DNA of 58,665 nucleotides. Origin: Kordiimonadaceae bacterium. Its GTDB lineage: Bacteria > Pseudomonadota > Alphaproteobacteria > Sphingomonadales > Kordiimonadaceae. The notes beneath the pieces were generated by a model. That model did not search any database and was not told where the DNA came from. It saw nothing but the letters and a program-made list of their open reading frames with translations. The translations under genes and the position numbers were made by a program. The stretch spans positions 1 to 58,665 of the forward strand of contig JASBSO010000208.1 in assembly GCA_030148905.1 (NCBI GenBank). Reading direction: 5' to 3'. Below, piece after piece: positions 1 through 8,134 of this stretch (its first letter is position 1; the number at the start of each line of letters is the position of its first letter).

Positions 1-193
1 CGAACCGCTTGGCAAGGCCGTCTGCGATCCAGGCCCAGTCCCAGCTGCAGGTTGGAAATCCGTGGATAACCAACAGTGTCTCGGCGCCGCCGGGGCCGTC
101 AAAGGCTTTGACGGCGATGTCATGGTCGCGAAAAACAAAGCGCGACATATCACGGTGCCAGCGCGACAGGGATTGTTTTGGCTCTTTAATCAT
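1..193 (-). CDS. alpha/beta-hydrolase fold protein, N-terminal part (gene runs off the left edge)
   Basis: Manual minus-strand translation from ATG at 193 gives MIKEPKQSLSRWHRDMSRFVFRDHDIAVKAFDGPGGAETLLVIHGFPTCSWDWAWIADGLAKRF. HGFPTxSWDW is typical of epoxide-hydrolase/dehalogenase-like a/b hydrolases. The ATG overlaps the TGA of the upstream HNH gene (ATGA at 190-193). Confidence 0.6.
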   Translation of the reverse strand, partial: MIKEPKQSLSRWHRDMSRFVFRDHDIAVKAFDGPGGAETLLVIHGFPTCSWDWAWIADGLAKRF

Positions 194-510
194 CGGCTAT
201 GCTTTCTGCGACGCTCGGCTGTGCGGCGATAAAAATCGGCAGGTTTGTTCGCCACCCAGCGAAGAAACTGGCCGATGTCGGGGTGGCTGCGCAGGGCATT
301 TATGCTGGCAAAGGACCGCGCCAATTCGCGTTCGCGAAACGTCTTGTGAATCATCCTGTGACAGATAGGATGCAACGGAACCACCGCCCGACCACCCATG
401 CTTTTGGGGATCAGATGATGCATCTCAACCTTTTGGCCAAGCGGACGCTCACACAGCGCGCATGCCACTTGCGCACCGGCGTCACCGCCATGCTTGAAAT
501 CCCCGACCAT
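190..510 (-). CDS. small stand-alone HNH endonuclease family protein
   Basis: 106 aa. CxxC...HHLIPKSMGG...PLHPICHRMIH is an HNH/His-Me finger pattern. Confidence 0.75.
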   Translation of the reverse strand: MVGDFKHGGDAGAQVACALCERPLGQKVEMHHLIPKSMGGRAVVPLHPICHRMIHKTFRERELARSFASINALRSHPDIGQFLRWVANKPADFYRRTAERRRKHSR

Positions 511-551
511 TGTGCACCCAAAATTCTACGCACCCTTAATCGGAGAGGATC

Positions 552-1787
552 ATGACCGAGAAGCCCACCTATGTCACGCATCTTGAATGCGGTCTTACCG
601 GGGAAGACGATTATGCCCCCGATGTGATCCACGGCTTGTCGCGCGCAGGCCGTCCGCTTTTGGTCCGCTATGACCTTGAGACCATGGCCCAAGACCTGGA
701 CCGCGATGCTATTTGGGCGCGCGGCGGCGGGTTTTGGAAATGGCGCGAATTGCTGCCCGTGCGCAAAACGCGCGATGTGGTCAGCCTCGGCGAGGTTGAC
801 ACGCCGCTCATTCCGCTGGCCCATGTGTCGCGCGATTTGGGGGCGGCGTCTCCGGTCTTGGTCAAAGACGAAGGCCGTTTGCCCACCGGCAGTTTCAAGG
901 CGCGCGGGCTGGCCCTTGCGGTGTCGATGGCCAAGGCGCTTGGGGTCGACAAGCTCGCCATCCCCACCAACGGCAATGCCGGTGCCGCCATGGCCGCATA
1001 TGGGGCCGCCGCAGGCATGACGTCCTATGTCTTCTGTCCCGACGACACGCCCGAGGCCAATGTGCGCGAAATCGCATTGCAGGGCGCCAAGGTCTGGCGC
1101 GTCAACGGCTTGATCAATGACTGCGGTAAAATCGTCGGTGGCGGCAAGGACGCAACCGGATGGTATGATGTCTCGACGCTCAAGGAGCCGTACCGGATCG
1201 AAGGCAAAAAAACCATGGGACTGGAACTGGCGGCGCAGCTGGGCTGGACGCTGCCTGATGCGATATTTTACCCCACAGGCGGCGGCACCGGGCTGATCGG
1301 CATGTGGAAGGCCTTTGACGAAATGGAAAAGCTGGGCTGGATCGGCGCCAAACGCCCCAAAATGTTTGCCGTCCAGGCCGAGGGCTGCGCGCCGATTGTG
1401 CGCGCCTTTGAGGCGGGCGAGCGCCACGCCGAATTGTGGGAAGATGCCCACACTTATGCCGCCGGTATTCGCGTGCCCATTGCCGTGGGCGATTTTCTGA
1501 TCCTTGATGCCGTGCGCGCATCGGGCGGGGCGGCAATGGCGGTCAGCGACGACGCGATCGAGGAGGCGCGCCGTGCTGCCGGAACCCGCGATGGCATGCT
1601 GCTATGCCCAGAAGGGGCGGCAACGCTGGCAGCGTATCAGCGCGCGCTTGCCGCCGGTCAGGTCACGCCGTCAGACCGCGTGGTGCTCTTTAACTGCGGC
1701 TCGGGGCTAAAATATCCCATGCCCGACATTGCGGGCTTGCTCGACCGGCATAAACCCATAGATTATCAGGCACTGATGAACGGTTAG
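552..1787 (+). CDS. threonine synthase-like PLP-dependent enzyme
   Basis: 411 aa. PTGSFKARG PLP-lysine motif and the GGGTGLIG glycine loop. SD GGAGAGGA lies just upstream of the ATG. Confidence 0.8.
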   Translation: MTEKPTYVTHLECGLTGEDDYAPDVIHGLSRAGRPLLVRYDLETMAQDLDRDAIWARGGGFWKWRELLPVRKTRDVVSLGEVDTPLIPLAHVSRDLGAASPVLVKDEGRLPTGSFKARGLALAVSMAKALGVDKLAIPTNGNAGAAMAAYGAAAGMTSYVFCPDDTPEANVREIALQGAKVWRVNGLINDCGKIVGGGKDATGWYDVSTLKEPYRIEGKKTMGLELAAQLGWTLPDAIFYPTGGGTGLIGMWKAFDEMEKLGWIGAKRPKMFAVQAEGCAPIVRAFEAGERHAELWEDAHTYAAGIRVPIAVGDFLILDAVRASGGAAMAVSDDAIEEARRAAGTRDGMLLCPEGAATLAAYQRALAAGQVTPSDRVVLFNCGSGLKYPMPDIAGLLDRHKPIDYQALMNG

Positions 1788-1796
1788 GGGACGACG

Positions 1797-4388
1797 ATGT
1801 TGAAAGTATTTGCCCAGCTTGTGCTGGTGGCGGCGCTGGCAGTGCCAGGCTTCGCCGAGGATCTAGACTATTTCCTGATTAAGGATGTCACCTATAACAC
1901 CGCTATCCCCAAGCCGTCGTGGGTCTTGACGCGCGGCCTTGGCGAACAGCCGGTACGCCACGACCAGTTGGTCCAGTATCTGCGCTCGGTCGCAGCCGCA
2001 TCCGACCGTATCAGCATTGAAACCATCGCCCGCACGCACGAAGGGCGCCCGGTGCTGTTTCTGGTGGTCACATCGCCGGAAAACCATGGTCGGCTGGATG
2101 ATATCCGCGCCGCCCATGTGGCGCGCACGCAAGGGTCGGGCAGCGCCGTCGGCGCCGATGACCCGGTGGTCACCTGGGTGAATTACGGCGTTCACGGGGC
2201 CGAGGCGTCGGGCATGGATGCAGTGATTCCAACCGTTTATACGCTGGCCGCTGGCGAGGGGCCGCGCATCGATGCACTGTTGAAAGACAGCGTCATTCTG
2301 ATCACCGCCGTGTTCAACCCCGACGGCCACAACCGCCGTGCCAGTTGGGTGACGCAGTACGGCTCCAACGTGGTGGCGACCGATGTTGCGCATGAAATTC
2401 ACCATCATTACTGGCCCGGCGGGCGGACCAACCATTATTGGTTCGACCTGAACCGCCAATGGCTGCTGCAAACCCAGCCCGAATCGCGCGGTTGGCTTGC
2501 GAAATGGCACCAATGGAAGCCGCATGTGTCGGCCGACATGCACGAAATGGGCGGCAATTCGACCTATTATTTCCACCCCGGTGTGCCAACACGGAAATAC
2601 CCGCTGATTCCGGCGCGCGGGCGCGAGCTGCTGGTGGAAATTTCCAACTATCACAAGGCCTATTTCGACGAGGAACGGAAGCTCTATTTCGCCGAAGAGG
2701 GCTTTGACAATTTCTATATTGGCAAGGGGTCAACCTATCCGCAGGTCAATGGCGGCTTGGGCATTTTGTTTGAAGCCGGGGCGCAAATGGGGATCGCCCG
2801 CGAAAGCGACCAAGGCATCAAAACCTACGCCAACAATATCCGCAATCACTATCAAACCAGCATGACCACCATTTTCGGCAGTCATGCCATGCGCTCCAAA
2901 TTGCAGGCCTACCGCGCCGAGTTTTTTGCCAGCGCGGCAGACCTTGCTGCCGAAGATGATGTGAAGGCCTATGTGTTCCGCGCACCCGAAGACCCCAAGC
3001 GCGTGCAGCTGTTTTTGGACCTGCTGGCGCGCCACGATGTGCGGGTGTACCGGGTCCAGGGCAGCGTAAAGGCAGGCGATGCGACCTTCGGCGAAGACAG
3101 CTACATCGTGCCGCTCAACCAGCCGCAATACCGCATGGCCAAGGGCATGTTTAATCGCATCACCGATTTTGAGGATAAAGTCTTTTACGATGTGTCGGGG
3201 TGGACGCTGCCACTGGCATACGGGCTTGACTATGGTGAAGTAACTGGCCGCGTTTCCCGCAATCTGGGTGACGCCGCTCAGGCTACCGAAATCGTCGGCA
3301 GTGCCCCTGCCGAGCGGCCCTATGCCTATGTCTTCTCGTGGACCGATTATTATGCCCCGCGCGCGGCCAACCGCTTGTTGCAGGCCGGCATCGAGGTGCG
3401 CGCCGCGCTGGAACCGATCACGGTGGAAACCGCCAGCGGCCCCAAACGCTTTGCCCGCGGCGCGGTGATTGTTCCGCTGGAGCGCCAACCCGTCAGCGAC
3501 GCCAAGCTTGCCGATATGATGCAAGGGATTGCCCGCGATCTGGGCCTGACCATCACGGGCGCCACCTCGGGCTCGACGCGCGAACCGGGGCGCGACCTGG
3601 GCGGGCGCAACAGCGTTGCCGACCTCGACGCGCCCAAGCCGCTTCTGGTTGTGGGGCCTGGGTTCAGTCCCTATGATGCCGGCGAAATGTGGCACCAGCT
3701 TGATGTGCGCATGCGTATGGCCGTCACCCTGGTGCGGCAAGAGCGGCTGGGCTCGGTGGACTGGGACCGCTATACGCACCTGTTGATCCCCGGCGGCAAC
3801 CGGCTCAGCGTGCTGGACCGGCATGTGGACCGCATCAAGGACTGGCAGCACGCAGGCGGCACCGTTGTCGCGATCCGTCAGGGGGCCAAATGGGCGGCGG
3901 AAAAGCTCGGCGGATATAAGGCTGCAAAAACAGACGACGCCGAACCGGTGCGCCTGACCTATGCCGACAAGGGCCAGAACGACGCGGCGCAGGTCATCGG
4001 CGGCGCGGTGTTTGAAAGCAACCTCGATATCAGCCACCCGCTGGGATTCGGCTATGTGCGCGACCGGGTGGCAACGCACCGCAACACCACGATCAAGCTG
4101 CCGGTCCCGAAAGACCCTTATGGTCAGGTGGCGGTCTATACCGGGGCACCGCTGTTGTCTGGCTATGCCTCGGATGAGCGGGTGGAAGAGCTGCAAGGCA
4201 GCCCGATGCTGACCGCCGAGCGGGTGGGTGCAGGGGCACTGATCCTGTTTGCCGACAATCCCAATTTCCGCGCCACCTACCGGGGGACGGAGAAGCTCTT
4301 TATGAACGCGCTCTTTTTCTCAACCGCTTTCACCAAGGCCCGCACGGGCGACGAAGCGGTGGAGAGCCTCGAAGAGAACCACGAATAG
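1797..4388 (+). CDS. secreted M14 family zinc metallocarboxypeptidase, large multidomain form
   Basis: 863 aa. N-terminal signal peptide (LVAALAVPGFA) and HGAE (HxxE) zinc motif in NYGVHGAEASG. Confidence 0.8.
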   Translation: MLKVFAQLVLVAALAVPGFAEDLDYFLIKDVTYNTAIPKPSWVLTRGLGEQPVRHDQLVQYLRSVAAASDRISIETIARTHEGRPVLFLVVTSPENHGRLDDIRAAHVARTQGSGSAVGADDPVVTWVNYGVHGAEASGMDAVIPTVYTLAAGEGPRIDALLKDSVILITAVFNPDGHNRRASWVTQYGSNVVATDVAHEIHHHYWPGGRTNHYWFDLNRQWLLQTQPESRGWLAKWHQWKPHVSADMHEMGGNSTYYFHPGVPTRKYPLIPARGRELLVEISNYHKAYFDEERKLYFAEEGFDNFYIGKGSTYPQVNGGLGILFEAGAQMGIARESDQGIKTYANNIRNHYQTSMTTIFGSHAMRSKLQAYRAEFFASAADLAAEDDVKAYVFRAPEDPKRVQLFLDLLARHDVRVYRVQGSVKAGDATFGEDSYIVPLNQPQYRMAKGMFNRITDFEDKVFYDVSGWTLPLAYGLDYGEVTGRVSRNLGDAAQATEIVGSAPAERPYAYVFSWTDYYAPRAANRLLQAGIEVRAALEPITVETASGPKRFARGAVIVPLERQPVSDAKLADMMQGIARDLGLTITGATSGSTREPGRDLGGRNSVADLDAPKPLLVVGPGFSPYDAGEMWHQLDVRMRMAVTLVRQERLGSVDWDRYTHLLIPGGNRLSVLDRHVDRIKDWQHAGGTVVAIRQGAKWAAEKLGGYKAAKTDDAEPVRLTYADKGQNDAAQVIGGAVFESNLDISHPLGFGYVRDRVATHRNTTIKLPVPKDPYGQVAVYTGAPLLSGYASDERVEELQGSPMLTAERVGAGALILFADNPNFRATYRGTEKLFMNALFFSTAFTKARTGDEAVESLEENHE

Positions 4389-4412
4389 CGCACCGTGAAA
4401 ACCACACACGAC

Positions 4413-4440
4413 AAGGGCGGCTTATGGCCGCCCTTTTTAT
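4413..4440 (+). terminator. rho-independent terminator after the M14 peptidase gene
   Basis: aagggcggc / gccgccctt 9-bp stem, 5-nt loop, followed by a T-run (ttttatt). Confidence 0.7.
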
Positions 4441-4506
4441 TGACCTCAAAACGCCAACGCAGAGGTCGTCGCCGGCGTTTGAATGCGGTGTCCGGCGCCC
4501 CCTGAT

Positions 4507-4629
4507 CCTTCGACCAGCTCACCCTTCGACAGGCTCAGGGTGAGGAGTGGTATCATACGAGACAAAAGCCCTCACCCTGAGCCTGTCGAAGGGTGAGCCT
4601 TTCCATTGTGAGCCTGTCGAAGGGTAAGG
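4507..4629. repeat. REP/MITE-like palindromic intergenic repeat cluster
   Basis: Perfect 28-bp inverted repeat: ctcacccttcgacaggctcagggtgagg (4518-4545) and cctcaccctgagcctgtcgaagggtgag (4569-4596). Extra half-copies at 4507-4514 and 4610-4625. Confidence 0.85.
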
Positions 4630-4762
4630 CGCACTTAAGCGGTAGAACCTCGAACCCCATATTAGCCCGCGACTGCGGGCCGGTGACTGTTCACCGCCCC
4701 ATCGGAGGTGTGAGCATAGCGAACTGGCGTGAGATCAAAGAAAGGGTGCGCGATAGCCGCCT

Positions 4763-5233
4763 CTAGCTCAAAACCCCGACGCCGAGCATATAATCGAGGT
4801 AAATCGCCGCATCGCGGATATCGAAAATGAAGCTGAAGGTGATCACGGCGGTGATCAGCGCTGACCAGCGGCCATACCAGTTTTTCTCCGATGACCATGG
4901 GCGTACCTTCCACAGGCACACATAGCCCGGCGACCAAGTGATCAGGTGAATGAGCGCAAACAACCCGCCGAGCGGCGCCAGCCCCAACGGCCCGGTCGCG
5001 ACCGTAGCCAAGATGATGGTGGCAACAAAACCGCCCACCACCCAGCGTGCCAGCGAGCGTTTCCACACAAAAATCAGCCCCAATGCAAAGGATAGCAGCA
5101 TGAATTGCAGCCAGTACTGCACCCATGTTGGCGTGGCTTGCTGGCCTTCGGCGTTGAACAGCTGCAGCGCGCCGTGCCCGGCTTCATAGTCCTGCACGGC
5201 CACCGCCGCTGCGAGTGCGAATACTGATGTCAT
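4763..5233 (-). CDS. integral membrane protein of unknown function
   Basis: 156 aa with several hydrophobic helices. SD GAGGGGAG upstream of the ATG. Confidence 0.6.
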   Translation of the reverse strand: MTSVFALAAAVAVQDYEAGHGALQLFNAEGQQATPTWVQYWLQFMLLSFALGLIFVWKRSLARWVVGGFVATIILATVATGPLGLAPLGGLFALIHLITWSPGYVCLWKVRPWSSEKNWYGRWSALITAVITFSFIFDIRDAAIYLDYMLGVGVLS

Positions 5234-5266
5234 GATGGTCTCCCCTCTCTCATTCGATCGGCGAGA

Positions 5267-5899
5267 TTAAGGGAGATTATCAGAAAGGCCAAATGGTTCC
5301 GGTGTGTCGAATGACCAGATCACGGTGACTTTGCGCCTCAAGTGCGGATATTTGAGCCGCAAACAGCGCGGGTTCTGCGCAGCGAGTTTGGCTTGGGCAA
5401 AGACCTTTGCATCTTCATAGGATGACAGGTCTTGGTTAAGTGTGTCGCCATCATACTCCCCCAACCAAAGCTCAGAATTCTGGTGTTGAATGTGGTAGTT
5501 CCAAACACCCACCTCACTGCGACTTGGCCAAATCTCCATCCACACGGATGGTCTTGAATAACCGCGACATGCGACACGAAAATAGTATTCTGGCAGACTA
5601 TGAAGATGAAAAGTTTGGCTTTCTTCAATCTCAGAAAAATAAGATGTTTTTGAGAGGAGAGGCTTCCATAAGTGCCCCAAAAAGGGCGCCTGCGGCATGT
5701 CGGGAATTTCTTCGGCAAGCGCGCGTTTGTCGGCCATATATTCATCGAGATTGTATCTGCGCTCTGCGCCGATAATTATCGCAGTGCCCGCTTCAAAAAC
5801 ATCCACAATCCTTGCGTTGCCCATGAAGAGACCATGATGCGGCAAGTCGGGAAACCGACAATAGAACACGATGCTCATCACGATAGAGAAGATGCCCAT
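5267..5899 (-). CDS. hypothetical protein (low-GC orphan)
   Basis: 210-aa ORF with no motif I recognise. The region is visibly AT-richer than its flanks. Start is uncertain (alternative Met at residue 26). Confidence 0.45.
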   Translation of the reverse strand: MGIFSIVMSIVFYCRFPDLPHHGLFMGNARIVDVFEAGTAIIIGAERRYNLDEYMADKRALAEEIPDMPQAPFLGHLWKPLLSKTSYFSEIEESQTFHLHSLPEYYFRVACRGYSRPSVWMEIWPSRSEVGVWNYHIQHQNSELWLGEYDGDTLNQDLSSYEDAKVFAQAKLAAQNPRCLRLKYPHLRRKVTVIWSFDTPEPFGLSDNLP

Positions 5900-5936
5900 G
5901 GTCTGAGCATCGCCTGATGGTGTGGCGAAAGCGTGG

Positions 5937-6869
5937 CTATTCTGCGGCGAGCGCGGGCTCTGCCTCGCCTTCGGCCACCTCGGCCTTCAGCCAGGCAATA
6001 AAGTCGGTGACCTGCTCGTTCGCGAGGTGTTCTTCGGGCAGCACGATATAATGCGCGAAGTCGATCGCCACCTCGGCCGAGAAGGGCTGCACCAGCCGCC
6101 CGGCCTTCAAATCCTCGCCCGCGATTGAGGCGCGCGCCAGCGCCACACCGCGACCGGCAACGGCGGCTTCGATCGCCAGCAGGTGGGTGTTGAAATGGAT
6201 CGCCGGCACGCCGTCGGGCATGGCGATGCCCGCCGCCTTGAGCCACATCGGCCAGGTGGGGGCGCTGGTGTCGTCGGCAAAACTGTCGTCGTGGATCAGG
6301 GTGAACTGGGTCAGGTCGCTTTCGCTGCACAGCGGTGTGCCCTTGTCGAGAAGCGACGGCGCACACACGGGAAACACTCGCTCGGCCAGAAGTTTTTCGC
6401 CGTAAAGACCGGGATAGCTGCCGGCGCCGTAACGGATGGCGAGATCGACCTGCTCGGATTTGAAATCGGTGATCGCCATCGATGCAGTAATCTTGACCAC
6501 CGCATCGGGGTGCTGCTCGTAATAGCTGGCAAGCCGCGGCACCAGCCATTTGCTGGCAAAGCTGGGGGTGACACTGATGCGCAGCACATGGTCGCGCTTG
6601 CTGGCGGTGATGCGGTCCACCGCGTCTTCCAAATGTTCAAACCCGGCGGCCAGCGGACCAAGCGATAGTTCCGCCGCATCGGTCAGCACCAGGCTGCGGT
6701 TCGAGCGGCGAAACAGCTCGACCCCCAAAAAGTCCTCAAGCGAGCGAATTTGCTGGCTGATGGCGGCGGGGGTCACCGACAGTTCGTCTGCGGCGCGCTT
6801 GAAGCTTTTGTGCCGGGCGGCGGCGTCAAAGGCGCGCAGCGCATTCAGGGGCAGCAGCGAGCGCTTCAC
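5937..6869 (-). CDS. LysR family transcriptional regulator (GcvA-like)
   Basis: 310 aa. N-terminal HTH LNALRAFDAAARHKSFKRAADELSVTPAAISQQIRSLE. Confidence 0.85.
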   Translation of the reverse strand: MKRSLLPLNALRAFDAAARHKSFKRAADELSVTPAAISQQIRSLEDFLGVELFRRSNRSLVLTDAAELSLGPLAAGFEHLEDAVDRITASKRDHVLRISVTPSFASKWLVPRLASYYEQHPDAVVKITASMAITDFKSEQVDLAIRYGAGSYPGLYGEKLLAERVFPVCAPSLLDKGTPLCSESDLTQFTLIHDDSFADDTSAPTWPMWLKAAGIAMPDGVPAIHFNTHLLAIEAAVAGRGVALARASIAGEDLKAGRLVQPFSAEVAIDFAHYIVLPEEHLANEQVTDFIAWLKAEVAEGEAEPALAAE

Positions 6870-6881
6870 CGGGCCACTCCG

Positions 6882-7631
6882 TCAGAGGCTCGCGGCGTCA
6901 AGCGACACCAGCTCGCGGTTTTCGCGCATCGACAAATGGATGCCGCATTCGGTTTTGTTCGAGCCCTGCCAGCGTCCGCCGCGAATGTCGGAGGCGTCCG
7001 CCGTGCGGTCGGTGCAGGGCATGCAGCCGATCGACAAAAAGCCTTCGGCCACCAGTGGGTGGTCGGGCAACTTATGTTCGGCCTTATAAGCGTCCACCAT
7101 GTCGCGCGTCCAAAAGGCGATGGGGTTGACCTTGACCCGGTTGTCGGAGGCCTCGAAATGCGGCAGCGCCGCCCGCGCCGCGCCGTGATAACGCTTGCGC
7201 CCCGTCGCCCAGGCCTGAAAGCCGATCAGCGCAGCATCCAGCGGTTTGACCTTGCGAATGAAGCAACACTGGTTGGTTTGTTCCACCCACAGGCTGCCGT
7301 CGGGGTCGAGCGCGTCCACGTCCTTGGGGTCGGGCTTGAGCGTGCGCACATCCGTCAGGCCCAGCAGGTCGGTCAGTTGATCGCGGTAGCGTTTGGTTTC
7401 GCCAAACAGCTTTTCGGTATCAAGGAACAAGACCGGAATGCCGGTGTCAACCTGGGCAGCCAGGTGCAGCAAAATCGCCGATTCAGCGCCAAAGCTGGAG
7501 ACCAGTGAAAACTGGTCTCCAAAGGTGTCAAGCGCAAGCCGGATCACATCCTTCGGGTCGCCCTCGGGCATGGCGGCGTTCAGGCGCGCGGCGACCTGTT
7601 CGGCATTGAAGGTCGACCCATCCGGCATCAT
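6882..7631 (-). CDS. cysH: phosphoadenylyl-/adenylyl-sulfate reductase (Fe-S type CysH)
   Basis: C-terminal ECGIH motif plus CC...CxxC cluster cysteines (NQCCFIRK, GCMPCT). Start taken at MMPDGS; this ATG overlaps the upstream TGA (ATGA at 7628-7631). Confidence 0.85.
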   Translation of the reverse strand: MMPDGSTFNAEQVAARLNAAMPEGDPKDVIRLALDTFGDQFSLVSSFGAESAILLHLAAQVDTGIPVLFLDTEKLFGETKRYRDQLTDLLGLTDVRTLKPDPKDVDALDPDGSLWVEQTNQCCFIRKVKPLDAALIGFQAWATGRKRYHGAARAALPHFEASDNRVKVNPIAFWTRDMVDAYKAEHKLPDHPLVAEGFLSIGCMPCTDRTADASDIRGGRWQGSNKTECGIHLSMRENRELVSLDAASL

Positions 7632-8134
7632 GCTGCTCCTTTGTCTGCCCGCATATGGCGGCGGTGCGCCACCGACATATCGCCGTTGATGGTGCACTGG
7701 TAAAAGCTGGTGTAGCGGCTGAGCGCGGTCTCGAACGCGGCAACCCGCTCTTCGGCAACCTCGACGCTGTCAAAGCCCGAGCGCGCCAGAAACTGCGCCT
7801 GATCGGGGATGACTTTGCCAATAGCGCGCACCTCGCCTTTAAAGCCCATATCGCGCTTGAACCTGAGCGCCAGCGAAAAGCCGCGGCCGTCGTTAAAGGC
7901 CTTGAAGTTGATCCAAATCGCCGCCAGCCGGTCGATATAGGGCGCCAGCACATCGCCGTCAGCGTCACCGTCGATAATCGCGGCAACCTGACCGGCGGCT
8001 GCAAACAGCGTGTCGCCGTCTTCGGCCAAGCGTGCAGCACTAACGGCGGCATAGGCGCCTTCGTCAACGGGTTGGTCGTCAGCAAATTCAACCCAGTCAG
8101 TGGGGTGAATACCGGAAAGACTAAGCAGCGGCAT
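7628..8134 (-). CDS. DUF934 family protein (conserved partner of alphaproteobacterial sulfite reductase)
   Basis: INFKAFNDGRGFSLA..RSGFDS pattern. Strong SD AAGGAGG at 8142-8148 supports the ATG at 8134, which lies 14 nt inside the end of cysI. Confidence 0.7.
   Translation of the reverse strand: MPLLSLSGIHPTDWVEFADDQPVDEGAYAAVSAARLAEDGDTLFAAAGQVAAIIDGDADGDVLAPYIDRLAAIWINFKAFNDGRGFSLALRFKRDMGFKGEVRAIGKVIPDQAQFLARSGFDSVEVAEERVAAFETALSRYTSFYQCTINGDMSVAHRRHMRADKGAA

Noticed and set aside
411-1451. Long antisense or alternative-frame ORFs throughout the track (examples: 411-1451, 2730-4196, 10094-11422, 18664-19980, 56884-58386, each 300-500 aa).
   Set aside because: Each lies entirely within, and opposite or out of frame to, a gene with clear conserved catalytic motifs. 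Their translations are Arg/Ala/Gly/Pro-rich low-complexity sequence, as expected from stop-poor frames in high-GC DNA.
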